Below, in pieces: positions 1 through 8,267 of a stretch of DNA of 64,000 bases; position 1 is the stretch's first letter; each line of letters opens with the position of its first letter. The stretch comes from Candidatus Tanganyikabacteria bacterium. Its GTDB lineage: Bacteria; Cyanobacteriota; Sericytochromatia; S15B-MN24; VGJW01. The position numbers were made by a program, and so were the translations under genes. Location of the stretch: positions 2,647 to 66,646 of the forward strand of contig VGJY01000002.1 in assembly GCA_016867235.1 (NCBI GenBank), given 5' to 3'. Below the pieces are notes generated by a model. It saw nothing but the letters and a program-made list of their open reading frames with translations. It searched no databases and had not been told where the DNA came from.

Positions 1-150
1 TCGAATTCCCGATAGACCTGCCGGGAGTCCGCCGACACGATTTCCCCGCCCAGCCGCTCGGCCAGCTCCAGCGCCAGTGCGGACTTCCCCGCCGCGGTCG
101 GCCCGCCGATCACGACCAGCGGTGGCCGGCCCGGCTCTCTCCCGGTCCTA
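1..150 (-). CDS. miaA: tRNA dimethylallyltransferase, 5' part (runs off window edge; start codon uncertain)
   Basis: My translation of the minus strand: [41 protein letters not shown], the diagnostic MiaA N-terminus. Confidence 0.9.
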
Positions 151-819
151 ATCCCTGCCCTCCAGCAGCGGCCGGAAGCGCCACATGACCTGGGCGTCAC
201 CGGGCCGCCCCGCGACGTGGAGCGTGAGCTGGCGCGTGTGGGTCGTGATCAGGCGCCGCCCGTCGATGGTGGTCCGGGGAAACCAGACGCGGAACTCCCC
301 GACCCAGTCGGCCGCATCGCGGGTCGTCGCGAGGCTGCCGATCTCGACCGGCAGCAGCGTGTTGCCCTGGTCGTCGGTCAGCGTGAAGGCCCAGCCGCTC
401 GTGGGCTCCAGGGTCGCCTGCCGGTGGAAGTGCTTGTTGAAGCGCCAGCGGATCCGGATCGGCAGCCGGCTGCCTCCCTTGAACATCGCCTCCCAGCCTT
501 GTTCGGCCGCCTTGCCCGGCCGGCCGGGGCTGCCGCTGCGCGACGCCTCGTAGGCAAGCTGCGCCGCGTACACGGCTGGATCCTCCAGGATCGCCGCGAT
601 GTGGCCCTCAAGCCCCAAGGGTGCGTTGCGCAGCCAGGTATCCTCGACGTCCCGGAACGACGCGGGGTCGGGGAACTCGCGGGGCGGCCGGTAGTCCTCG
701 GAGAGATCCAGGTAGGCGTGCGCACCCGACAGGCAGCCGGCGATGGCCGCGACAGCCAGGAATCCCGACGCCAAGCGCTTCATCCTGCGCAGATCGTAGC
801 AGACGCGTGCAGGCGCCAC
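148..819 (-). CDS. Hypothetical secreted protein
   Basis: ORF with signal-peptide-like [23 protein letters not shown] (true start probably ~783); abuts miaA. Confidence 0.7.
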   Translation of the reverse strand: MAPARVCYDLRRMKRLASGFLAVAAIAGCLSGAHAYLDLSEDYRPPREFPDPASFRDVEDTWLRNAPLGLEGHIAAILEDPAVYAAQLAYEASRSGSPGRPGKAAEQGWEAMFKGGSRLPIRIRWRFNKHFHRQATLEPTSGWAFTLTDDQGNTLLPVEIGSLATTRDAADWVGEFRVWFPRTTIDGRRLITTHTRQLTLHVAGRPGDAQVMWRFRPLLEGRD

Positions 820-854
820 CGCGCCGTATGGCTCCGTGGGTTATGTTTTGATGC

Positions 855-1544
855 GTGACCGCCAGACCGCCCGCGCTCTTCCCGGTGATCGTCGCCGGGA
901 TGCTTTGCCTGGTCATGGCGTACGTGCCGGGCTTCGACATCGTGCTCTACCCGCTCCGCCTCCTCACGACGATGGTCCACGAAGGCGGTCATGCGCTCGC
1001 GACGCTGGCCACGGGCGGGCAGGTCGTCGCGGTCACGATCGAGCCCGACGGGAGCGGACTCACGCGGTCGCTCGGCGGCTGGCGCCCCCTCATCCTGTCA
1101 GCCGGCTACCTGGGCACCACCCTGGTGGGCTGCCTCCTGCTGCTGGCGTCCCGGGTCCAGAATCGGGCCACGCTCTTGCTGTTCGTGCTGGGCGCCTCGA
1201 CGCTCGCCCTGACGGTCCTCTTCGGGCGCAACTGGCTCGCCTGGGCCATGGGGATCTTCTGGGGGCTCCTGCTCGCGGGCTGGGCCATGAGGGGCCCGCG
1301 CAAGACACACGGCGTCATGCTGGCATTCCTGGGCATCCAGGGCAGCCTCAACGCCATGACCGACCTGCGCACGCTCTTCGACCTCTCGGTGCGAACGGGC
1401 GCCACCACCGACGCGGCGATGATGAGCCGGGAAATCCTCTGGGGGCTGCTGCCCGCGCCGTTCTGGGCCATCCTCTGGGCGGCGGTCGGCGCCACCGTCA
1501 CGGCGGTGACGCTGCGCGAACTGCTGCGGGCGCCCGGCTCGTGA
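855..1544 (+). CDS. M50 (M50B-like) family membrane metallopeptidase
   Basis: HEGGH motif, SAGYLG motif, TDA motif, several TM helices. Confidence 0.85.
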   Translation: MTARPPALFPVIVAGMLCLVMAYVPGFDIVLYPLRLLTTMVHEGGHALATLATGGQVVAVTIEPDGSGLTRSLGGWRPLILSAGYLGTTLVGCLLLLASRVQNRATLLLFVLGASTLALTVLFGRNWLAWAMGIFWGLLLAGWAMRGPRKTHGVMLAFLGIQGSLNAMTDLRTLFDLSVRTGATTDAAMMSREILWGLLPAPFWAILWAAVGATVTAVTLRELLRAPGS

Positions 1545-1894
1545 GACGCCTCGGCCTGGCCCTCGCGCCGGCCCTGGCCGTGCTTGCGGTCGCTTGCCAG
1601 ACCGAGGGAGGCTTCGTCGAGTTCGACCCGTGTTGCAAGAAGCCTTACGAGGATGCCTATCCGGGAAACGAGATCCGCATCGAGACCTGCACTGACGGTC
1701 ACTCATGCGAGGCGGCGGCCGAGCGCCTGACCCGCGACGGCTGGATCCTGGTGGAGTACGGCCGGCGCCGTGCCGACGTGGGCGCCAGCTTCGCCTACGT
1801 CTGGCGCCGCCCGAAGCCGACTCCCACCCCGCGGCCCACTTCCACTCCCCGGCCGGCCGAAACTCCGAGCCCGGCGCCTTCCGCCTCCAGCTGA
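1541..1894 (+). CDS. Putative small lipoprotein with Pro/Thr-rich tail
   Basis: GTG overlaps upstream stop (GTGA); lipobox-like LAVAC; Cys-containing core, PTPTPRP tail. Confidence 0.6.
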   Translation: MRRLGLALAPALAVLAVACQTEGGFVEFDPCCKKPYEDAYPGNEIRIETCTDGHSCEAAAERLTRDGWILVEYGRRRADVGASFAYVWRRPKPTPTPRPTSTPRPAETPSPAPSASS

Positions 1895-1923
1895 CCTCGA
1901 TCGAATGGCCCGCGCTGCCCGGG

Positions 1924-2042
1924 CGCAGGCACGGCGGCCTGCGCCACCGATGGGGGAGGGGGGCCGGCCTCCGCAGGCCTGCGCCACCGATGGGGGGCGT
2001 GGGGCCGGCCTCCGTGCCGGCCTCGATGCCGGAGAGAGGTCA
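1924..2042. repeat. REP/REPIN-like palindromic repeat cluster with an internal ~40-bp tandem duplication
   Basis: GTGG-GGCCGGC-CTCCGT-GCCGGCC and inverted GTGG-CGCAGGC-CGCCGT-GCCTGCG units; reverse complement matches 63432..63510; lies between convergent genes. Confidence 0.8.
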
Positions 2043-2054
2043 AGCGAGCCGCGA

Positions 2055-3590
2055 TCAGCGCGCGTCCAGCACGCGCAACTGCAGCGCCTCCTTGAGGTCG
2101 TCGGAGCGGATCTCGTCGCGGCCGGCCAGGTCGGCGAGGGTGCGCGCCACCTTGAGCACCCGGTCGTAGGTGCGCGCGGTGAGGCCGAGTTGCCGGATGG
2201 CGCCGGCCAGCACCCGCTCGCTCGCCGCGTCGAGCCGGCAGTGCTGGCGCAGCTCCCGGCCCACCATCTGGCCGTTGCAGACGATCCGGCCGCCGCGGCC
2301 CTGGAACCGCCGGCCCTGCCGGGCCCGCGCCTCGCGCACGCGCTCCCGCACCACGGCGCTGGGCTCGCCCTGCGGCGCGGCCATGATCTGCTCGGCCTCT
2401 AGCCGGGGCACCTCGATGTGCAGGTCGAGCCGATCGACCAGCGGCCCGGAGATTCGCGACCAGTACCGGGCCACGCGATCCACCCCGCACGTGCAGGTCT
2501 TGACGCGATCGCCCGAGTAGCCGCACGGGCACGGGTTCATCGCCGCGGCCAGCGAGAAGTCTGCCGGATATGCGACCGTCGCGCGCGCCCGGCTGATAAC
2601 GACCCGCCTGTCCTCCAGGGGCTGGCGCAGCACCTCGAGCGTGCCGCGCGAGAATTCCCCGAGTTCGTCCAGGAAGAGCACCCCGCGGTGCGCCAGCGAG
2701 ACCTCGCCCGGGCGCGGCGCGCTGCTGCCGCCCACCAGGCCGGCGCACGAGATGCTGTGGTGGGGCGACCGGAATGGCGGGCGGCTCTCGAGGACGCCTC
2801 GCGATTCGAGCAGGCCGCCCACGCTGTATATTGCCGTCACCTCCAGGGCCTCGGGCGGCGTGAGCGGCGGCAGGATCGACGGAATGCGCCGCGCGAGCAT
2901 CGATTTGCCGGACCCGGGCGGGCCGATGAACAGCAGGTTGTGGCCGCCCGCGGCGGCGATCTCGACCGCCCGGCGCGCGCCGGGTTGTCCCTTGATGTCC
3001 GCCAGATCCGCCTCCATCCCGGGCGGCTCGGCCGCCGCGTCGCTCGCGACCTGCTCCGCCGGCCGCACGGCCGCCGGCTCTCGCAGGAAGGCGACCACTT
3101 CCTGGAGGGTCTCGAACGCGAAGACGTCGAGGCCCCCGACCAGCAAGGCCTCGGGCGCGGCCGGACGCGCGACGACCAGGGCCTGGCCCCAGCGCCGCGC
3201 CTCGATCGCCACGGGCAGTACGCCCGCGACCCTGCGGACGGAGCCGTCGAGCGCGAGTTCGCCCAGGAAGACGTAGCGGCCCAGATCCCCGGCGCCGAGG
3301 CTGTCCGCCGCTGCCAGCAACCCGATGGCGATCGGCAAGTCGAAGCCGGGACCGGCCTTGCGCAGGTGGGCGGGCGCCAGGTTGACCGTGATGCGGGTGC
3401 CGGGGGGATCGAACCCCGAGTTTCGCAAGGCCGCCCGGACGCGCTCCTTGCTCTCGTTGACCGCGGCATCGGGCAGACCCACGATGAGGAAGTTGGGCAG
3501 GCCGTTGGCCACGTCCACCTCGACGGCGACGACGACGCCCTGGATGCCCAGGGTCGCCCCTCCGGAAACTGTTGCTTGCATGATTCGCAT
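2055..3590 (-). CDS. comM: YifB/ComM family Mg-chelatase-like AAA+ ATPase
   Basis: VGLPDAAVNESKERVR, NLAPAHLRKAG, GPPGSGKSMLA, PGEVSLAHRGVLFLDE, AMNPCPCG, ARTLADL. Confidence 0.95.
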   Translation of the reverse strand: MRIMQATVSGGATLGIQGVVVAVEVDVANGLPNFLIVGLPDAAVNESKERVRAALRNSGFDPPGTRITVNLAPAHLRKAGPGFDLPIAIGLLAAADSLGAGDLGRYVFLGELALDGSVRRVAGVLPVAIEARRWGQALVVARPAAPEALLVGGLDVFAFETLQEVVAFLREPAAVRPAEQVASDAAAEPPGMEADLADIKGQPGARRAVEIAAAGGHNLLFIGPPGSGKSMLARRIPSILPPLTPPEALEVTAIYSVGGLLESRGVLESRPPFRSPHHSISCAGLVGGSSAPRPGEVSLAHRGVLFLDELGEFSRGTLEVLRQPLEDRRVVISRARATVAYPADFSLAAAMNPCPCGYSGDRVKTCTCGVDRVARYWSRISGPLVDRLDLHIEVPRLEAEQIMAAPQGEPSAVVRERVREARARQGRRFQGRGGRIVCNGQMVGRELRQHCRLDAASERVLAGAIRQLGLTARTYDRVLKVARTLADLAGRDEIRSDDLKEALQLRVLDAR

Positions 3591-3601
3591 TGAATCATGT
3601 C

Positions 3602-3715
3602 GTCAAGGAGTGGGCAAGGCCCTCCCGGCCAGCGCTTCCTGGTAGGCCAGCATCGTCAGGCCGAACATCTGCTGCTTGAAGTCGTCGAGGGAGTTGCCGA
3701 ACGGGGGGAGCGGCA
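3602..3715. repeat. Direct repeat copy A: duplicated 3' end (incl. stop codon) of gene 8155..9063
   Basis: 3607..3715 is identical to 8159..8267 (109 bp); extends to 114 bp with one synonymous mismatch (CCT/CCG, Pro). Confidence 0.95.
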
Positions 3716-3830
3716 CACTCGGCTTGACCTGGCTGGGCGAGCTTTGAACTCTGTTGCTAGGGCTGGGGCCGACTCTACCGATCTAGGCGAGGCCACAACC
3801 ACCGTTAGCCCTACCACTGACAGTAGTTGC

Positions 3831-5549
3831 TCAGAACGAGAGCGCCGGTCGGAACCCGAGACCGTCATCGGTCACCGAACGCCCATATCCGAGGACGTGG
3901 CACCAGAGCCCCGCCTTTCCCCCATAGTAAAACGATCCGCCACGCGTCGCCTTCTTGTTGACATCGAGACTCTTTCCAAAGTAATCGCCGGCGAAGTAGT
4001 CAATGGGAGACCCATCGGTGGTCGCTGCCAGGCCGAAACGGCGCAGCTGCGGATCCGTTGCAAGGGTCCTAACGTAGTTTCCTCCCGGCGCGGCCAAGGC
4101 CAGAGCGACGTCAAAGATCATGAAGTATCCCGTGGAAGCGGTCAGGCCAATTGTCTCCGTACGCTCCCACACGTTGCCGTTGAGGTCGAAGACACCTTCT
4201 GTAGTGCCAGTGTGGGTCGTGAGGTTGAGTTTGCCAACCCAACTGCTTGCTGTTGCTGTAGCCGAGCCCGTCAGGGCTCGATCATTGGTTGCCGATCCCC
4301 ACGAAATCGTCGGGTCATCCACGAACGTAATGTCAGGGGAGTCGATATCCCTGGCAACCGGGAAAAAGGTCGTGCTGCTTGTCTCAGCGTTGTTGCCAAA
4401 CACCGAAACGCCATTGATCGTTGCCCAGACTGCCATCGCGGTCCACTCCTCGTCGCGCATCAGATGGGCGTGCGCGTCGTAGGCTAGGCAAGTTTGCGCA
4501 GCAGCATCCCAAGTGATCTGGGTCCAAGGCACGCAGTACCTCGCCACCTTTAGACCGCTGGTGCTCCCGGCCGAAGCGCCTGCGCCGGTCGTTGGGTTCC
4601 CCGGCGTCGCGTCCGACCGGCTAGCTTCGTACTTGCCAGCGTAGAACCCGCCGAAGCGTTCCTCGGCCCAGTCCACGTCCTTGGTCCCGACGGTCGGCCT
4701 GTTGCCCACCCAGTACCCCACCGGCTTGGTCGTGTTGTCGCCGCCGCAGTTGGCCGGAACGATCAACTGGTAGGCCACGAAGTTGGGGATCCAGACAAAG
4801 GTGCTCTGCACGGCGCCCTTGGTCACGATGTAGTCGTGATGCTGCGTCGGGTCGCCGATGTCGTCGGGCGCCAGGTTCCCCAGGATCGTCTGGTAGAACT
4901 GCCCTGTCGTTCCGTTGAATGCCAGGTTCGCGAGCGGATCCAGGTCGGCACTCAGCATCGTCTGGACCAGGCTCTTGGCCTGGTTGAACTCGGCGGCCGA
5001 CCCGTTGGCGACCGGCGAGTACGAGGCGCCATTGACCGATTCGATGAGATCGGCTGCGCTCACTTGCTGCCCGGAGGCCAGCGCGAGTTTGAGCCCGAAA
5101 ATCCCGCATAGCGCGGTCGTGGAGGTGCTCAGCGTTGCCCCTCCGGCGGTGATCGCCTGCCAGGCCGTACCGTTGAAGCGGATCAGCGTCCGCAGCCTGG
5201 CGGCGTGCTTGCCCACGGCATTCGGGCCCAGGCCCTTGACCGCCTCCAGGATGTAGATCCGGTTGACGACCGGTACGTAGGACCCGAACGACAGCGAAAA
5301 TGACCCACCCGCGTCGCTCAGCGTCGTGGCAATCGCCGCACTGGTGGTCGTGTCGACGAAGGCGATGGTCGCCCCGACCGCCACGTCGGCCGCCGTGGCC
5401 AGGACCGTCCGGCGCAGGTCGGCCAGGTCGATGCGCCCGACGATCGGCGGAACTGCCTCGTCCACGTCCGAGGTCCCGGCCGGCCGGCCGGCCGGCGGGG
5501 AACACGCTGCCAGGAGTACGGCAGCCAACAGCGCGGCGAGCAGGTTCAT
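3831..5549 (-). CDS. Lipoprotein with C-terminal FGE-sulfatase/C-type lectin (Mtd/DGR-target-like) fold
   Basis: Lipobox LAAC; motifs FYAGKYEAS, HLMRDEEW, GVFDLNGNVWE, RGGSF...AGLW...R...GFRPAL at the extreme C-terminus. Confidence 0.8.
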   Translation of the reverse strand: MNLLAALLAAVLLAACSPPAGRPAGTSDVDEAVPPIVGRIDLADLRRTVLATAADVAVGATIAFVDTTTSAAIATTLSDAGGSFSLSFGSYVPVVNRIYILEAVKGLGPNAVGKHAARLRTLIRFNGTAWQAITAGGATLSTSTTALCGIFGLKLALASGQQVSAADLIESVNGASYSPVANGSAAEFNQAKSLVQTMLSADLDPLANLAFNGTTGQFYQTILGNLAPDDIGDPTQHHDYIVTKGAVQSTFVWIPNFVAYQLIVPANCGGDNTTKPVGYWVGNRPTVGTKDVDWAEERFGGFYAGKYEASRSDATPGNPTTGAGASAGSTSGLKVARYCVPWTQITWDAAAQTCLAYDAHAHLMRDEEWTAMAVWATINGVSVFGNNAETSSTTFFPVARDIDSPDITFVDDPTISWGSATNDRALTGSATATASSWVGKLNLTTHTGTTEGVFDLNGNVWERTETIGLTASTGYFMIFDVALALAAPGGNYVRTLATDPQLRRFGLAATTDGSPIDYFAGDYFGKSLDVNKKATRGGSFYYGGKAGLWCHVLGYGRSVTDDGLGFRPALSF

Positions 5550-6814
5550 CAGTACCTTAGCGCTGGTCGGAAGCCCATGTCGTAGCCAGCTTCCAAGCGG
5601 CCAGCTGCGAGCCTGAGAGACCAGAGTCCCGCGCGGCTGCCATTGAGCCAGAGTCCGCCGCGCATGTTCTTAGCATTGAATGACGAACTGTCCCAGAAGT
5701 AGTCACCGCCAAAGAGGGCCGCCGCCGAGCCGGAAGTGACCCCCGGGAGACCATTGCGACGCAGCCGGGGATCGGTGGACAGGCCGCTTACGAAGATCCC
5801 GGCTGGCGCCACAACGGGCAATGTGACGTCATTGATTACATACTTGCCGGTCGACTCCAGCCCAACCGTTTCGGAATACTCCCAAACGTTGCCATTGGCG
5901 TCGAAAACGCCATCTGTCGTCCCCGTGTGCGTCGTGAGATTCACGATTCCAGACCACGTGCTGCGCGTAGCCGACGCCGTCAGGGCCCTGTCCTTGCCGC
6001 TCACATTCCACCCGTAGGTCGGGTCGTCGAGGAAGGTAATCTGCGGGTCGTCAATGTCCGCGGGTGCCGCGGGGCTAGCTAGCGCCTACGTCTGTCTCGG
6101 AGTTGTTTCCGTGGACCGTGATGCCGTTGATCGTCGCCCAGACGGCCAAGGTGGTCCACTCGTCGTCTCTAATCAGATGGCAGTGCGCGTCGTAGGCCAG
6201 GCAAGCGAGGGCGGCCTGCTCCCAAGAGAGTTAGTTAGTCCACGGCACACAATACTGCGCCACCTTGAGCGTGCTGCTGCTGCCGGCCGTGGCGCCCGCG
6301 CCCGTCGCTGGATTTCCCGGAGTCGCGTCTGCCCGGCTGGCCTCGTACTTGCCGGCGTAGAACCCGCCAAACTGCTCCCGCGCCCAGTCGACGTTCTGAT
6401 AGCGCCGCTCAGTTGGCCTCGCCCCGCGCGCGCCCACAGGCCCCGGGCCGCAGCGTACTCGGCGCGTACGTGAGGCACGGGGCCGCGGACGTAAGCCGGG
6501 GCCAGGTCAAGTGAGCGGTGCTATCAGTCCCCGTGCTCGGCTGGATCGCCACCCAGTAGCCGACCGGCTTGGTCGTGTTGTCGCCCCCGCAGTTGGCCGG
6601 CACGATCAACTGGTATGCCATGAAGACCGGGATCCACACGAACGTGCTCGCCACCCCGCCCTTCGTCACGATGTAGTCGTGATGCTCGGCCGGCCGGAAG
6701 CGACGCGAGGTCCACCGCCCCGACCAGTGGCAGGATGCCGGCGGGCGACGGGACCGGCGTGGCGAGGGAAGCACAGCCACCCAGCACGACGCCGGCGAGG
6801 AGCGCGCCTCGCAA
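5549..6814 (-). pseudogene. Fragmented paralog of the CLec/FGE lipoprotein
   Basis: Pieces in several frames: lipobox LGGC, HHDYIVTKG...PANCGGDNTTKPVGYWV, FYAGKYEASR, NGNVWE, GFRPALRY. Lesions: N-domain deletion, 132-bp insertion, in-frame TAA (~6231), CTAG duplication (~6075). Confidence 0.85.
6396..6527. mobile_element. 132-bp MITE-like insertion with 31-bp imperfect terminal inverted repeats
   Basis: 6396..6426 versus 6497..6527 match 27/31 as inverted repeats; interrupts the G-T-x-(N/D)-V-D-W segment that is contiguous in the intact paralog. Confidence 0.7.
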
Positions 6815-7040
6815 CCTCGCAACCTCGCACTACGTAAGCACCCGCCAGGTAATGATGTTTCCATGTCCAGTACCTTTCTTTACCCGGCCCTGGCGCGAGC
6901 AGGCATTCGTACGGGCCGCCAGAACGACCAAACCTTGGGAAGCAGGTCGAGACCACGCGGTCGCCAGCACAGCCACTCGGGATTGAATCCGCAATCGGCA
7001 GGCACCGCGTCCTGGCTTCGGCCGCCCGCAGCGGCAACTC

Positions 7041-7082
7041 CGTCATGGAGGTGGCAAGGCCCTCCCGGCGAGCGCCTCGTGG
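7041..7082. repeat. Degenerate third copy of the gene 8155..9063 3' end
   Basis: 36/42 identity to 3601..3642; reads HEALAGRALPPP* versus QEALAGRALPTP*. Confidence 0.8.
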
Positions 7083-7179
7083 CTGGTTGCTCAACGCGTC
7101 ACTGAGGGAGCTGCGCCTGGGTTCCGACGTCGATCTCGGCCGGAGATGACACCGCCGCGGGTCCGAGAACGCCGCGAGG

Positions 7180-7539
7180 TCAGGCGAATTCCAGGAAGTT
7201 GGCAGGTGCGTAGAGCCGGCGCTTCCTGAGAGGGGGCGGGGACTCGGCCTCGCACTGCATTCGCAAGTTCTTCATCGTCTCGGCCGATCGCAGGAGGAAA
7301 AACGGCTCCGGTAGCGGACCGACCTTGGCCGTCCAGGGCGGCGCGGCCTGCCCACAACGATCCGCAAGCAACTCGGCGAGCGCAGCCGCCAAGGCGAGCA
7401 ATCCAGGGTCGCTCACATCGTGTGGCGCTTCCCAGTCGCTGATCGACGGCCGCTCGCGCAAGAGATCCTGCACGAGAGATCTCACGGCCAGGGCGTCTCT
7501 GGCGAGTGCCGCCCTGGCCACCTCGTCCAGGCTAGCCAT
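7180..7539 (-). CDS. Hypothetical protein, putative partner/antitoxin of the nucleotidyltransferase
   Basis: Overlaps the NTase stop; motifs APPWTAKVGPLPEPFF and ESPPPLRKRRLY resemble partners of DUF6036-type NTases (from recall). Confidence 0.65.
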   Translation of the reverse strand: MASLDEVARAALARDALAVRSLVQDLLRERPSISDWEAPHDVSDPGLLALAAALAELLADRCGQAAPPWTAKVGPLPEPFFLLRSAETMKNLRMQCEAESPPPLRKRRLYAPANFLEFA

Positions 7540-8062
7540 GGGCTTCCTCCCAGAGATCGTCGAAAGCGTATTGCGCCTTCAGTTCTGTTCCGGGTGGCAA
7601 GAACCGGCTGACGGCACCCCAGACTACTTCCTTGGCACCAAGGCCCATGGTTTCTTGTAGCAGGATCCTCGCATCCGAGACGTCGACGTCATCTCGCCAG
7701 GCACAGAGCTTCATCGCCAGGAGCTGTGATGCGCCCGGTCTCCGTACTTCGATTCCTGGGAAAGCCAACACGACCGGCCCGTCGCTGATGCCCACCAGAT
7801 ACCCCTTGGCGCCGTCGTTTAGCCAGTCGGCAGGCCAGCCGTACTCCTCTGCCACGAGTCCCACCAGATCGCGCAACGCCGATGTCGAGGCTGCGTCCAA
7901 TGCGATGGCGTCAACGTCTTTGGTCGAGTCTCTGGCATCGAAGGCAAGGGCCATCAAAGCCCCACCGACCAGAAGCAGCCTCAGCTCCACGCCGCGAGCG
8001 GCGGCCAGGGCTCCAAGGCGCTCAAGTGCCGAGCGGATCTCGGCCTTCGTGAGTGTTGCCAC
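7532..8062 (-). CDS. DUF6036/AbiEii-like nucleotidyltransferase (putative toxin)
   Basis: LVGGALM...R.STKDVD Pol-beta-type NTase motif, WLND, LLAMKL, DVSDA; GTG start at 8062 assumed. Confidence 0.75.
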   Translation of the reverse strand: MATLTKAEIRSALERLGALAAARGVELRLLLVGGALMALAFDARDSTKDVDAIALDAASTSALRDLVGLVAEEYGWPADWLNDGAKGYLVGISDGPVVLAFPGIEVRRPGASQLLAMKLCAWRDDVDVSDARILLQETMGLGAKEVVWGAVSRFLPPGTELKAQYAFDDLWEEAHG

Positions 8063-8153
8063 AAGGTCAACTATAAACCCGGTCGCTGAATCGTTCCGTG
8101 GCCTTCCCGGGGCCAGCCGCCCAGGCCTTGCTCGAGGCGCAGCAGGGAAGAAG

Positions 8154-8267
8154 GTCACGGAGTGGGCAAGGCCCTCCCGGCCAGCGCTTCCTGGTAGGCC
8201 AGCATCGTCAGGCCGAACATCTGCTGCTTGAAGTCGTCGAGGGAGTTGCCGAACGGGGGGAGCGGCA
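8154..8267. repeat. Direct repeat copy B (functional 3' end of gene 8155..9063)
   Basis: Matches 3602..3715. Confidence 0.95.

Larger units (their letters stand above)
3716..8267. mobile_element. Putative integrase-less genomic islet inserted in the 3' end of gene 8155..9063
   Basis: Bounded by the 109-bp direct repeat (offset 4552 bp); cargo is visibly more AT-rich, includes a pseudogene and a TA-like pair. Confidence 0.7.

Noticed and set aside
1924-2042. CRISPR array
   Set aside because: Only two near-adjacent units, no unique spacers and no cas genes; fits REP architecture
2055-3590. comM-targeting Tn7/AbaR-type insertion
   Set aside because: comM is intact, the islet lies upstream of it, and there are no tns/tni genes
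6807-6829. Short tandem repeat (CCTCGCAA)x3 at the pseudogene start as a phase-variation switch
   Set aside because: Only three units and the gene has several other inactivating lesions
3716-7040. Complete diversity-generating retroelement
   Set aside because: No reverse transcriptase, Avd or adenine-rich template repeat is visible; the two CLec tails also differ at non-adenine and synonymous sites, so neither is the TR of the other
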